From: an uncultured SAR86 cluster bacterium
GTDB taxonomy: Bacteria > Pseudomonadota > Gammaproteobacteria > Magnimaribacterales > AG-339-G14
Reading direction: 5' to 3'
NCBI GenBank assembly: GCA_902566305.1
Contig: CACFIK010000006.1
Location: 1,731-65,730, forward strand
Length of the DNA stretch: 64,000 nucleotides
Shown here one piece after another: positions 28,056-38,623 of this stretch (the stretch's first letter is position 1; every line of letters begins with the position of its first letter). The notes beneath the pieces were generated by a model, which was given only the letters and a program-made list of their open reading frames with translations, did not search any database and was not told where the DNA came from. Position numbers and translations under genes: made by a program.

Positions 28056-28066
28056 ATACTTACACT

Positions 28067-29050
28067 ATGGATTCCTCTCTTACAGGTATTACAACTACTG
28101 GAACGCCTCATTTAGGTAATTACGTTGGAGCTATAAAACCTGCTATACAACTTAGTAAGAAATTTAAATCCTATCTCTTTCTAGCTGACTATCATTCTTT
28201 GATAAAAGTTAACGATCCTGACGCAGTGAAAGAATCTTCCATGAAGATAGCTGCGACATGGTTAGCATGCGGACTTGATAGTAAAAACTCTCTTTTTTAC
28301 AGACAATCAAAAGTTCCACAAATACTTGAATTAAATTGGATCTTATCCTGTATGGCTCCTAAAGGACTCCTTAATAGAGCGCATGCATACAAAGCTGCAG
28401 TTGATCTAAACAAAGAAAATAAAAACGATGAGGATTTCGGTATATCTCATGGTTTATTTAGTTACCCAGTGTTGATGTCAGCAGATATTTTGATGTTCAA
28501 TCCTAAGTATGTTCCTGTAGGAAAAGACCAAAAACAGCATTTAGAGATTACTCGTGATATCGCAGATAAATTTAACAAAACTTATAAAAATTTTTTTCAA
28601 TTACCTGAACCCATTATTGATGAATCGCTTGATTTATTGACTGGTACAGACGGTAGAAAGATGAGTAAAAGTTACAATAACTCAATTGATTTATTTTCAT
28701 CTGAAAAAATTTTACAAAAATCTATCAATAAAATTAAAACCGATTCGAAAGAACCTGGCGAAAAGAAAGAAACAAAAGATTCAATTATTTTTCAGTACTT
28801 TAATCACTTTTCCGATGAAGAAGAAATAAATGAGATAACAAAAGAATTTGAAGAGGGAATTGGTTGGGGGGATGCCAAGAAAAAGTTATTTACAAAAATT
28901 AATCAAGAAATATCTCCTCTTAGAGATAAATATTTTGATTTAATAAATAATCCTAAATTGATAGAAGATACATTAGAGGCTGGAGAAACTAAGGCCAGAG
29001 ATGAGGCTAATAAAAATTTAGAGAAAATTAAGGAAAAAATTGGAATTTGA
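28067..29050 (+). CDS. trpS: Tryptophan--tRNA ligase
   Basis: HLGNY (HIGH), YPVLM.ADIL, VPVGKDQ.QH, KMSKS. Confidence 0.96.
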   Translation: MDSSLTGITTTGTPHLGNYVGAIKPAIQLSKKFKSYLFLADYHSLIKVNDPDAVKESSMKIAATWLACGLDSKNSLFYRQSKVPQILELNWILSCMAPKGLLNRAHAYKAAVDLNKENKNDEDFGISHGLFSYPVLMSADILMFNPKYVPVGKDQKQHLEITRDIADKFNKTYKNFFQLPEPIIDESLDLLTGTDGRKMSKSYNNSIDLFSSEKILQKSINKIKTDSKEPGEKKETKDSIIFQYFNHFSDEEEINEITKEFEEGIGWGDAKKKLFTKINQEISPLRDKYFDLINNPKLIEDTLEAGETKARDEANKNLEKIKEKIGI

Positions 29051-29606
29051 AAAAAGTAAAAAATCTGCTTCACATAAAAGTGAAGATTTACTTTTAAATG
29101 GTACTGACTATCTTAGATTGGGTACAAATTTCCAATGTTTAATTTCTTTCTTCTCTATAAATAATAATAAAACTTATTCATCAAAAAAATTATTAGAAAT
29201 ATACAAGGCTAGTCCTTTTTTTAATTTTCAATTAACTGGGAATTTTTTTAATTATCTGCCTAAATATCATGGGCCTTTTCTATCTAAAAATGTTCAAGTA
29301 GATAATTATCTTGAAATTCCGCCCAACAATTCTTTTTTTAAATCGCTTGATTCAGTAGTTAATGCAAAATCTAAATACAAGAATCTTATTAATAATGAGG
29401 CAATAGGAAAATTTAATGAAAGAGTAAATAAAATTTATTCTGATTGCTATAAATTTGTATTTTTAGAAAATTCTGAGTCTTTTAAAGACATCAAGCCAAT
29501 TAAATATGAGCATGAGTGGTCTCATGCACTAGTTTCTTATGATGAATTTATCTGCTTTACCCACAGCAAAAATTCTTTCTTCCTTATCTCTTTAGCAAGA
29601 GATTAA
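29040..29606 (+). CDS. Hypothetical protein
   Basis: 188-aa ORF filling the gap in a co-oriented run; no family recognised; start uncertain. Confidence 0.6.
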   Translation: MEFEKSKKSASHKSEDLLLNGTDYLRLGTNFQCLISFFSINNNKTYSSKKLLEIYKASPFFNFQLTGNFFNYLPKYHGPFLSKNVQVDNYLEIPPNNSFFKSLDSVVNAKSKYKNLINNEAIGKFNERVNKIYSDCYKFVFLENSESFKDIKPIKYEHEWSHALVSYDEFICFTHSKNSFFLISLARD

Positions 29607-29613
29607 TAATCCT

Positions 29614-30843
29614 ATGCAATCGAATAATAGCGCACCTCGATCAATATGGTTGTTAGCAATAGCTTTGGCGTTTGTTGGTGCGGGGCAATCAACGATGTTT
29701 ATTTTAATTCCTCCGGAAGTCAGAAATTTAGGCTTTAATGAGTTCCAAGTAGGTTTAATTTTCTCTATTTCTGCTGTTGCATGGATGATTTCCAGTCCAT
29801 TTTGGGGTGATTTAAGCGATAAATTCGGTAGACATTGGATTTTTTTAATAGGAATGATTGGATTCGCAATCTCTCTTATCTTGATCACGACATTAATTGA
29901 ATCTGCGAGACAATTAATAATCCCACTCTATCTTGTACTTCCCTTATTAATATTAACAAGATTAATAAATGGACTTTTTGGGAGCGCCGTTCGACCAGCA
30001 GCAGGAGGTAGGATTGCAGATATTACTACTCCTGAACTACGAACAGCTGGATTTGCCCGTTTTGATGCAGGCTGGCAATTTGGTGTGATTGTAGGTCCAA
30101 TTTTTGTTGGATTAGTGCTATGGCTTAGTGATGGAGATTTCTCGCTTCCATTCTTAATCATTGGTCTTGCTGGCTTGATTGCTGGATACATGAATTTTAG
30201 ATTAATGAAGAACTCACATGTTGATACAGAAGTCGATAAAACCGTTAAAAAAATAAATTATCTAGATGAAAGAATTTGGCCGTCGATGTTCGTTGCCGCT
30301 TTTATGGGTATGTCGAATGCAACCATGGTACTTACAGCATCTCTTTATTTTCAAGATTTAAGTCCTGAAATTGAGAATATATATCCTTACGTAGCATTTG
30401 GTTTTTCATTAATAGCAATATCTGGTCTTTTAACTCAATTATTTTTAGTTGATAGGTTAAGACTATCTCCTTATTTATTATTAAGAGCAGGACCTCTGAT
30501 AATGTTAGTTTCATTTTTAGGAATTGCTTTTGCGCCGAGTATTTACGTTTTGTTTGTGTATCTAACTTTACATGGAGTGGGCTCTGCTCTCACACGTTCT
30601 GGAAATGTAGCGCAGTTGTCTTTATCGGTAAATAAAAATGAACAGGGTTTAATAAACGGGTTGTTAGGAGGCGTAATGCCATTGGGTCATCTTCTGACAC
30701 CTATCATAACCATGCCTTTGTATATGATTGCGCCAAATTATCCTTTTATATTTATTGCCATTCTTTCTGTACTCATTATCATGTTTATTAACTTTTCTAA
30801 AAAGTTTACTAACAAGCTTCATGCGGGAGAAATTAATGTTTGA
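29614..30843 (+). CDS. MFS transporter (TetA/DHA1-like)
   Basis: WGDLSDKFGR motif A, R...G.FG, IADIT....R; about 12 TMs. Confidence 0.9.
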   Translation: MQSNNSAPRSIWLLAIALAFVGAGQSTMFILIPPEVRNLGFNEFQVGLIFSISAVAWMISSPFWGDLSDKFGRHWIFLIGMIGFAISLILITTLIESARQLIIPLYLVLPLLILTRLINGLFGSAVRPAAGGRIADITTPELRTAGFARFDAGWQFGVIVGPIFVGLVLWLSDGDFSLPFLIIGLAGLIAGYMNFRLMKNSHVDTEVDKTVKKINYLDERIWPSMFVAAFMGMSNATMVLTASLYFQDLSPEIENIYPYVAFGFSLIAISGLLTQLFLVDRLRLSPYLLLRAGPLIMLVSFLGIAFAPSIYVLFVYLTLHGVGSALTRSGNVAQLSLSVNKNEQGLINGLLGGVMPLGHLLTPIITMPLYMIAPNYPFIFIAILSVLIIMFINFSKKFTNKLHAGEINV

Positions 30844-31729
30844 TAAAAATGTATTAAAAGGAAAAAGAATCTTAGTAACCGGAGGAGGATCGGGTCTAGG
30901 TAAAGAAATGACTAGGCACTTCGTCAAGCACGGAGCGGAAGTTTACATTTGTGGTAGAAGGGAAAACGTTCTTAAGGATACTGCTGAAGAAATTATGTCT
31001 GAGCATGGTGGAAAAGTTAATTATTTCCCTCTTGATATTAGAGACGCAATGTCAATTGAAGAAAACATTGAAAATGTTTTTAATGAAGGACCGCTTGATG
31101 GATTAGTAAATAACGCCGCTGGAAATTTTATTTCAAGAACTAAAGATTTATCTCCAAATGGTTTTAATGCAATTGCATCAATTGTCTTTCACGGTACCTT
31201 CTATATTACTAATGCTGTTGGTAAAAGATGGTTAGAACTTGGTCATAAAGGAAGCATTGTCTCGATTCTAGCAACATGGGTTTGGACTGGATCACCATTT
31301 GTTGTTCCATCTGCGATGTCAAAGTCAGGTATTAATGCCATGACAAAGTCATTAGCAGTTGAGTGGGGACCTCACGGTATAAGATTAAACTCTATTGCTC
31401 CAGGTCCATTTCCAACAGAAGGAGCTTGGGCAAGGTTGATGCCTCAAACAGGGGACAAAAAATCTGATATTTCTGAGGATGCAGAGAGAAGTAATGTTCC
31501 GTTAGGAAGAGTAGGAAAAATGGATGAGCTTGGTAATTTAGCAACTTTCTTAATGGCAGATGGCTGTGAATACCTTACAGGTCAAACTATTGCTATTGAT
31601 GGAGCACAATATATTACTGGTGGGGGTACTTTTTCGATGATGAGCTCTTTCAAGGATGAAGATTGGGAAGCCATCAAAAGCACAATAAAAGGCTCCAACG
31701 AGAAAGACAAAAAACAAAGAACTGTTTAG
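30836..31729 (+). CDS. SDR, 2,4-dienoyl-CoA reductase-like
   Basis: TGGGSGLG, NNAAGNF, SAMSK, SLAVEWG, IAPGPF; GGAG RBS before ATG 30836. Confidence 0.9.
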   Translation: MFDKNVLKGKRILVTGGGSGLGKEMTRHFVKHGAEVYICGRRENVLKDTAEEIMSEHGGKVNYFPLDIRDAMSIEENIENVFNEGPLDGLVNNAAGNFISRTKDLSPNGFNAIASIVFHGTFYITNAVGKRWLELGHKGSIVSILATWVWTGSPFVVPSAMSKSGINAMTKSLAVEWGPHGIRLNSIAPGPFPTEGAWARLMPQTGDKKSDISEDAERSNVPLGRVGKMDELGNLATFLMADGCEYLTGQTIAIDGAQYITGGGTFSMMSSFKDEDWEAIKSTIKGSNEKDKKQRTV

Positions 31730-31752
31730 AATTGTAATGTACAGGAGGAAAT

Positions 31753-33204
31753 ATGACTGATTCTGTTTTTGATGAAATGAAGGAAGTTTTAGCTTTGCAA
31801 AAAAAGGCTCATATCGATGAAGGACCTGCAAGTTATGAATTACGTTTAGATAGATTAAATAGACTCTCTCAGATGTTAAAAAAATATTCTGATGAGATAG
31901 TAGATACAATTAGTGAAGATTACGGAACTAGAGATAAAAACAGTACTTTTTTATCAGAAGTTATGTCTAGCTTAGGAAGTGTTGATTATTCAATCAAAAA
32001 TCTTAAGAAGTGGATGAAGTCTGAAACCAGACAATCAAATTCAAGTCAGCCCTTTGTAGCAAGATTAATGATGCGTTTATTGGGTGCTAAGACGGAAATT
32101 CAATATCAACCACTTGGAACCATTGGAATGATTAAACCATGGAATTTTCCAATAAATTTAATTATTTCCCCGATAGCACAAGCATTTGCTGCCGGAAATA
32201 GAGTAATGATTAAACCCTCTGAAATAACTCCGAAAACATCAGATCTAACTAAAAAGATGTTTAATGAATTTTACGACAAAGCAGAAGTTGAAGTTTTTCT
32301 AGGCGGTCCTGATGTGGCTGAGGCTTTTGGAAATTTAGACTTTGATCACTTACTTTTTACTGGATCAACTAACAACGGTAGAAAAGTTATGCAATCCGCC
32401 GCGGGAAACCTTGTTCCAGTTACACTGGAGCTAGGAGGCAAATCTCCAGTAATTATGGATGATACTGCTGATGTTTCTTTATCCGCTACAAGATTGATGC
32501 GTGGTAAAACCATGAATGCAGGTCAGATCTGCATTGCTCCTGATTACATGATGATGCCTAAAGGTAAAGTTGACGAATTTATAGATGAGAGCACTAAAGC
32601 TGTTTCTGAAATGTATCCAGATATGAAATACAACGAACACTACACTTCAATTGTTAATCAAAGACATTTTGAGAGGATTAATAGTCTTATCGAAGATGCA
32701 AAAGAAAAGGGCGCTGAAATTAAAACAATTAATCCTGCAAATGAAGATTTTGAGCAACAAGAAGGACATAAGATTCCTCCAACTTTTGTCTTAAATCCTA
32801 CTGATGATATGAAAATCATGCAGGAAGAGATCTTTGGGCCTGTTATGCCTATTAAAGAATATGAGGATATTGATGAAACCATAAGCTACGTTAATTCAAA
32901 ACCTAGGCCTTTAGCTCTATATTATTTTGGTAAAAATAAAGATACCCAAGATAAAATTCTTAATAGAACCACATCTGGAGGAGCAACTATTAATGATGTT
33001 GTGTGGCACTACGGTCAGGAAGATATGCCTTTTGGTGGAGTTGGAGACAGTGGTATTGGTTCTTATCATGGTCATGAAGGTTTTAAGAGATTCAGTCATC
33101 AAAAATCAGTTCTAACTCAGTTTAGTTCTGACTTATTGAAAAACATGATGCCTCCTTACAAAGGTAAAATGTTTGAATCAGCTAAAAAGAACGCTCTTAA
33201 ATAA
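31753..33204 (+). CDS. Coniferyl-aldehyde dehydrogenase-like ALDH
   Basis: PWNFP, FDHLLFTGST, NLVPVTLELGGKSP, NAGQICIAPDY, EEIFGP, PFGGVG.SG.G.YHG. Confidence 0.88.
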   Translation: MTDSVFDEMKEVLALQKKAHIDEGPASYELRLDRLNRLSQMLKKYSDEIVDTISEDYGTRDKNSTFLSEVMSSLGSVDYSIKNLKKWMKSETRQSNSSQPFVARLMMRLLGAKTEIQYQPLGTIGMIKPWNFPINLIISPIAQAFAAGNRVMIKPSEITPKTSDLTKKMFNEFYDKAEVEVFLGGPDVAEAFGNLDFDHLLFTGSTNNGRKVMQSAAGNLVPVTLELGGKSPVIMDDTADVSLSATRLMRGKTMNAGQICIAPDYMMMPKGKVDEFIDESTKAVSEMYPDMKYNEHYTSIVNQRHFERINSLIEDAKEKGAEIKTINPANEDFEQQEGHKIPPTFVLNPTDDMKIMQEEIFGPVMPIKEYEDIDETISYVNSKPRPLALYYFGKNKDTQDKILNRTTSGGATINDVVWHYGQEDMPFGGVGDSGIGSYHGHEGFKRFSHQKSVLTQFSSDLLKNMMPPYKGKMFESAKKNALK

Positions 33205-33210
33205 AATCTA

Positions 33211-34443
33211 TTGAGACAAAACCTTCCTTTTTTTATTGCTCTAAGATATTTCAATTCTAAAAAGGAAGGATTCTTATCCTTTGTTTCTAAGTTATCCTTG
33301 GGTTCAGTATCTTTGGGTGTAGCTGTTCTCATAATTGTTTCCTCGGTATTTAATGGATTTGAAAAAGAGTTAAAGGAGAAAATATTAAATTCAATTCCTC
33401 ACGGAAACATTTACGGTTACTCATCAATTTCTAATCCAATCGAACTAATTGATTCGTTATCTGATATGGATAGACTTGAAGGAGTAGCACCATATGTAGA
33501 GACTCAGTCACTTATTGGCTCTAAATCAAAATTAAAAGGAACTCTTATTTATGGAGTTGATCCTTCTTATGAATCGAATGTTTCTAATGTTCCAAACAAT
33601 ATGTTTGTTGGATCATTTGATGATTTAAGAGAAGGAAGTTTTAACTTAATTTTAGGTGATTTATTAGCAAGACAGCTATCTGTTTCTATTGGAGATAAAG
33701 TAACTTTATTATTACCAAATCCCAAAGTTTCTCTAACCGGAATTTATCCAAAAATGAAAGTTTTTTCTATTTCTGGAATTTATAGCATGGGATCTAATGA
33801 TCTAGATTCAAATTATGCTTTCATAAATATTAATGATGCCTCAAAACTTCTTTCACTGTCAGGAAATGTGACAGGCATAAGACTTAAATTTGATGATCTT
33901 TTTGATGCTCCAGATTTAACTTACGATGCTTTAATAAAAGCTCAGAATTATTCTGAACAACCTTTAAGAGTTAATGATTGGAGTTCTCAGTTTGGGACTC
34001 TTTGGAGAGCTGTTGGCATGGAAAGAAGTTTAGTTTTCCTGCTAACTAGTTTAATCATAGTTATCGCAGCCTTTAATGTAGTTGCAATGTTAATGATGAT
34101 GCTTAATGAAAAAAAGGAACAAATTGCAATCCTAAAAACAGTAGGCATGAGTGATATGAAAATTATTCAAATATTTTTATATCTTGGTTTGATAATCTCT
34201 TTTTGGGGAATATCTATTGGAACCCTTTTGGGTTTGTTTATGTCATTTTTTATAGCCTCATCATATTTTGATGTCATTATTTCTGGTTATTTGCAGTGGT
34301 ATTTCATAAGTTATCTTCCTACAGACTTAAGAATTGAGTGGATTATTTCAATTATATTAGGATCATTATTGATAACATCTTTTGCAAGTATCTATCCCGC
34401 AAGATCAGCTTCAAAAATTATCCCAGCTAAGATATTAAGATAA
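33211..34443 (+). CDS. Lipoprotein-releasing ABC permease LolC/E
   Basis: IALRY, LGVA.LI.V.SV.NGFE.EL, IAAFNVV, IAILKT.G, YPA..A. Confidence 0.9.
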   Translation: MRQNLPFFIALRYFNSKKEGFLSFVSKLSLGSVSLGVAVLIIVSSVFNGFEKELKEKILNSIPHGNIYGYSSISNPIELIDSLSDMDRLEGVAPYVETQSLIGSKSKLKGTLIYGVDPSYESNVSNVPNNMFVGSFDDLREGSFNLILGDLLARQLSVSIGDKVTLLLPNPKVSLTGIYPKMKVFSISGIYSMGSNDLDSNYAFININDASKLLSLSGNVTGIRLKFDDLFDAPDLTYDALIKAQNYSEQPLRVNDWSSQFGTLWRAVGMERSLVFLLTSLIIVIAAFNVVAMLMMMLNEKKEQIAILKTVGMSDMKIIQIFLYLGLIISFWGISIGTLLGLFMSFFIASSYFDVIISGYLQWYFISYLPTDLRIEWIISIILGSLLITSFASIYPARSASKIIPAKILR

Positions 34444-35114
34444 TGAGCTTAGTTAAATTACAAGACATTGGAAAAGATTATCAAACTGGAGACAATGTCA
34501 TTTCTCCTCTTATTAACCTTAACCTTGAAATCAATGTTAACGACAGAATAATTATTTATGGAAAGTCAGGTTCTGGAAAAACTACTCTCTTAAATATTTT
34601 AAGTACTCTAGAGATTCCTTCTAATGGTTCAATGATTTTTGCAGACAAACTTATAGAATCTTTATCCGATAAAGAGCTCTCAAATTTAAGGCTAAATGAT
34701 ATTGGTGTAGTTTTTCAATCTCATCATCTCTTAGAAGAATTTTCTCTTCATGAGAACATCATTCTCCCAGGATCTATAGCTCATAATCTTGATAAAGATT
34801 TTGCAAATTTTCTTATTGAGAAATTAAAAATTTCTGACAGAAAAGATCACTTACCTGATCAACTATCTGGCGGAGAAAGACAGAGATGTGCAATTGCAAG
34901 AGCATTAATTAATAAACCGAAATTATTAGTCATGGATGAGCCGACAGGAGATTTAGATAGAAATACATCTGATGAAGTCATGGAATTGATAGACGATGTA
35001 TTTAATGAGATTGATATTTCTGTGGTTATTGCTACTCATGATGAAAATTTGAAATTTAAACCAAATTCAAAATATTTACTCGAACAAGGTAAGCTCAATT
35101 TAATACAGGGCTAA
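34443..35114 (+). CDS. lolD: Lipoprotein-releasing ABC ATPase LolD
   Basis: GKSGSGKTT, FQ.HHLL.EF, LSGGERQR, DEPTG; follows lolC/E. Confidence 0.88.
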   Translation: MSLVKLQDIGKDYQTGDNVISPLINLNLEINVNDRIIIYGKSGSGKTTLLNILSTLEIPSNGSMIFADKLIESLSDKELSNLRLNDIGVVFQSHHLLEEFSLHENIILPGSIAHNLDKDFANFLIEKLKISDRKDHLPDQLSGGERQRCAIARALINKPKLLVMDEPTGDLDRNTSDEVMELIDDVFNEIDISVVIATHDENLKFKPNSKYLLEQGKLNLIQG

Positions 35115-35159
35115 GAGATAAAATTCTTCTAAAAAGGTAAAATAATCCTTTTTTTAGGC

Positions 35160-37931
35160 ATGAAAAGCAATACTTCATATCTTGCACGTCTTTTTGGCTA
35201 TGTTTCTTCGAGCATTCCTTATTTCTTGATCAGTTTTTTTGGATTTGTATTATTTGCTGCGGCTCAAGTAGGAGCAGCGGAATGGTTAAGAAGAATAGTT
35301 GATTTTATAGAAAATCCAAATCAAACAGTTCAAACAATCTTACCTCTTGCACTTATAGCAATAGCCCTAATAAGAGGAATCGGTTTTTATCTTTCAAATT
35401 TTTTTATGGCCTTTATTTCGAATAAATTAATTCACAATTTGAGAGTAGATTTATTCAAATCATTGATTTCAATGCCAGTGAGTTTTTATGATAAATCCTC
35501 CAGTGGACATTTATTATCCAGAATTACTTTTAATGTTATGCAGGTAAGTAGTGCAGTTACTGATGCAGTCAAAATTATTATAAGAGAAGGGTTGATAGTA
35601 ATCGGACTATTAGGTTACTTAATTTACTTAAATTGGAAATTAACCCTGGTATTAATTATTGCAGCACCCTTGATTGGCTTCATTGTTTCTATTGCTGGGA
35701 AAAGATTAAGACGTCTTAGTAAAAAAATCCAATCTGCTATGGGTGATGTTACTCATGTTAGTTCAGAATCTATAAACGCTCATAAAGAATTAAAAATTTT
35801 TGGTAATGAAAATCTTGAAATTGATAAATTTAATGAAGCAAGCGATGCTAATAGAATTCAAAATTTGAAATTAGAATCAACAAACTCAATTGCTTCTCCG
35901 CTCATTCAATTAATTATATCTCTGGCATTAGCTCTAATCACTTGGTTTGCCTTAGATCCCTCTGTAATTACATCAATGTCATCAGGAACATTTATAGCTT
36001 TTTTTGGTAGTGCAGGAATGCTAGCAAAACCTATCAGACAATTATCTTCTACTAATGTTATGTTCCAGAAAGGTATTGCAGCAGCAGAAGATATTTTTAA
36101 GCAAATTGATGAAACTCCAGAAAAAGATGATGGCTCAAAAATTATTAAGAATTCTGAAGGAAAAATAAAATTTGATAATGTCTCTCTTAAATATCCAAGT
36201 TCAGAAGAATATTCCCTCAAGAATATAAATTTTGAGTTACAAAAAGGTTCTAATTTAGCTATTGTTGGAAGCTCAGGTGCAGGAAAAAGCAGCATCATTA
36301 ATTTGATCCCTAGATTTTATGATGCCACAGAGGGCGGAATTTCTATAGATGGAACAAGGATTGAAGAACTTTCTCTGGAATCATTGAGAGATCAAATTTC
36401 CTATGTAGGACAAGAGATAACTCTATTCAATGACACAATTTTTAATAATATTTTTTATGGAGATATCGATACCAGTGAAGAAGATGTCTATGAAGCTGCA
36501 AAAAAAGCGAATGCTCATCAATTCATAGAATCTTTTCCTGACGGTTATAAAACCGTTATTGGCGACAATGGAACATTATTATCCGGAGGGCAGAAACAGA
36601 GAATCGCCATTGCAAGAGCCATCTTAAAAAATTCACCTTTTTTAATATTGGATGAAGCAACCTCTGCTTTAGATTCTGAATCTGAAAGATTGATAACAGA
36701 TGCGATTGCTAACTTAAAAGAAGGTAAAACTACAATTACTATTGCTCATAGACTTTCAACGGTAGAGCAAGCAGATGAAATATTAGTTCTTCAAAGTGGA
36801 GAAATAGTTGAAAGAGGTAAGCATAGCCAACTAATATTATCTGAAGGTCCTTATTTTCAACTCTATCGAAATCAATTTGATTTTGATGATGGTGCAGTAA
36901 ATATTGATGCTGAATCAAATTCTAACCTCCTCGTAAATATTGATGCATCAAAATCCTATGTTTCAAACTTAGAACAAGCATGGTACGAAAATAGTCTCTG
37001 GCCTAAACTTCTTATTCCATTTTCATGGATATACCAATTTCTCTTTAATAGACAAAAAAGATATCAAATTTCTAATTCATGGAAACCCAATCTTCTTACG
37101 ATAGTTGTTGGTAACCTGACAGTTGGCGGCACAGGAAAAACTCCTATAATTATTTACCTTGCTAAATTACTTAAAAAACAAGGTCTTAAACCAGGAATAA
37201 TTTCAAGAGGTTACTTGAGTAAATCAAAAACCTATCCATTGCTACTAAACTCAGAAACCCCAATTGACGAATCTGGAGATGAACCGGCAATTATGTTTAA
37301 GAATTCTCAGTGTCCAGTGGTCATCGGACCCAATAGGATACAAGCTGCTAAATATCTTATGGAAAATACAGATAGCAATGTCATTTTAAGCGATGATGGT
37401 TTGCAGCACTTTTCTCTTGGAAGAGATATAGAAATATTAATGATTGACGGAAATAGGAAGTTTGGAAACGAACTTCTGCTTCCAGCAGGACCACTTAGAG
37501 AGCCAAAATCTAGAATTAAAACAGTCGATTTTACAATCAGCTCAAATAGAAAATGGCCCTCAGTTGCAAAATATGAAATGAAATATCGTCCTTTCAAATG
37601 GGTTCATATGAAAAGCCAGAAGGAATATGATATTTTCGAATGGCCCTTAAAAAAAGAAGTAAATGCAGTCGCAGGAATTGGAAACCCATCTAATTTTTTT
37701 AATTTATTAAAACAACTGGGTTTTGACATATCTGAATACGCTTTTCCTGATCATCATGACTTTCACAGCGTAGATTTTGAAATTATGGATAATCAACCTA
37801 CTGTAATGACAGAAAAAGATGCAATAAAATGCTCATTTCTAGACCATACGAATTATTGGTATTTAAAGATAGAAGCTGAAGTTTCAGATAACTTTGAACA
37901 AGATTTTTTAGCCGAAATTAAATCTAAATGA
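35160..37931 (+). CDS. msbA: Fused lipid A flippase MsbA and tetraacyldisaccharide 4'-kinase LpxK
   Basis: aa ~1-575 are ABC TMD+NBD (GSSGAGKS, LSGGQKQR, DEATSALD); aa ~600-923 are LpxK (VGNLTVGGTGKTP, SRGY, GDEP, DDGLQH, LLPAGPLREP, FPDHH, TEKDA.K). Confidence 0.93.
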   Translation: MKSNTSYLARLFGYVSSSIPYFLISFFGFVLFAAAQVGAAEWLRRIVDFIENPNQTVQTILPLALIAIALIRGIGFYLSNFFMAFISNKLIHNLRVDLFKSLISMPVSFYDKSSSGHLLSRITFNVMQVSSAVTDAVKIIIREGLIVIGLLGYLIYLNWKLTLVLIIAAPLIGFIVSIAGKRLRRLSKKIQSAMGDVTHVSSESINAHKELKIFGNENLEIDKFNEASDANRIQNLKLESTNSIASPLIQLIISLALALITWFALDPSVITSMSSGTFIAFFGSAGMLAKPIRQLSSTNVMFQKGIAAAEDIFKQIDETPEKDDGSKIIKNSEGKIKFDNVSLKYPSSEEYSLKNINFELQKGSNLAIVGSSGAGKSSIINLIPRFYDATEGGISIDGTRIEELSLESLRDQISYVGQEITLFNDTIFNNIFYGDIDTSEEDVYEAAKKANAHQFIESFPDGYKTVIGDNGTLLSGGQKQRIAIARAILKNSPFLILDEATSALDSESERLITDAIANLKEGKTTITIAHRLSTVEQADEILVLQSGEIVERGKHSQLILSEGPYFQLYRNQFDFDDGAVNIDAESNSNLLVNIDASKSYVSNLEQAWYENSLWPKLLIPFSWIYQFLFNRQKRYQISNSWKPNLLTIVVGNLTVGGTGKTPIIIYLAKLLKKQGLKPGIISRGYLSKSKTYPLLLNSETPIDESGDEPAIMFKNSQCPVVIGPNRIQAAKYLMENTDSNVILSDDGLQHFSLGRDIEILMIDGNRKFGNELLLPAGPLREPKSRIKTVDFTISSNRKWPSVAKYEMKYRPFKWVHMKSQKEYDIFEWPLKKEVNAVAGIGNPSNFFNLLKQLGFDISEYAFPDHHDFHSVDFEIMDNQPTVMTEKDAIKCSFLDHTNYWYLKIEAEVSDNFEQDFLAEIKSK

Positions 37932-38623
37932 ATTATGTAGTGATCCCTGCTAGATGGTCCTCATCTAGATTACCCGGTAAACCGTTAAAGAAAATTGGTA
38001 GCAAGCCAATGATCCAATGGGTGTATGAATCTTGTAGAAAATCTGATGCTGATTTTATATTTATTGCAACAGATTCTGAGAAGATAAGAGATCAAGTTCT
38101 AGAATTTAACGGACAAGTGATTATGACTTCAGTAGATCATAAAACAGGTACAGATAGAATCCACGAAGCAATAACAAAAATAAATTGTCATGAAGAAGAT
38201 TTAATAATTAACGTTCAAGGAGATGAACCATTTATATCTCATAATGATATCAATACTTTGATACACAATTACAACGATGATTTCGAAATGGCAACCTTAT
38301 ACAAAGAACTTAAAAAAGAAGATATAGATGATACTAATACAGTGAAAATTAGTGTGACTGACAATATTGCAACCTCATTTTCAAGAAACTTTAAATCATC
38401 AGATTCTATTTATCATCATCTTGGAATATATGCTTATAGATGTGAATTTTTAAAAAAATTCGTTAATTATGAGCAATCTGAAAACGAGATTCGAGAAAGT
38501 TTAGAACAATTGAGAGCTCTAGATAACGGCCATCAGATTAAAGCATTTAAATCATCTTCTACGAGCAGCTTTGGAATAGATACTGAAGAAGATTTGATTA
38601 GAGCTAATGAAACTATCAAATAA
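37928..38623 (+). CDS. kdsB: CMP-KDO synthetase
   Basis: IPAR..SSRLPGKPL, GTDRI, NVQGDEP, H.GIYAY, ESLEQLRAL. Confidence 0.96.
   Translation: MNYVVIPARWSSSRLPGKPLKKIGSKPMIQWVYESCRKSDADFIFIATDSEKIRDQVLEFNGQVIMTSVDHKTGTDRIHEAITKINCHEEDLIINVQGDEPFISHNDINTLIHNYNDDFEMATLYKELKKEDIDDTNTVKISVTDNIATSFSRNFKSSDSIYHHLGIYAYRCEFLKKFVNYEQSENEIRESLEQLRALDNGHQIKAFKSSSTSSFGIDTEEDLIRANETIK

Noticed and set aside
27870-28066. T-box or Trp attenuator controlling trpS
   Set aside because: No UGGNACC T-box bulge and no Trp codons in the upstream mini-ORF; trpS has its own TATACT-6-ATG signal after the terminator.
29117-29130. ATTGGGTACAAATT, a near copy of the cassette arm-like motif
   Set aside because: One G shorter, inside a coding region and not near an att core; likely chance, though worth including in a motif search.
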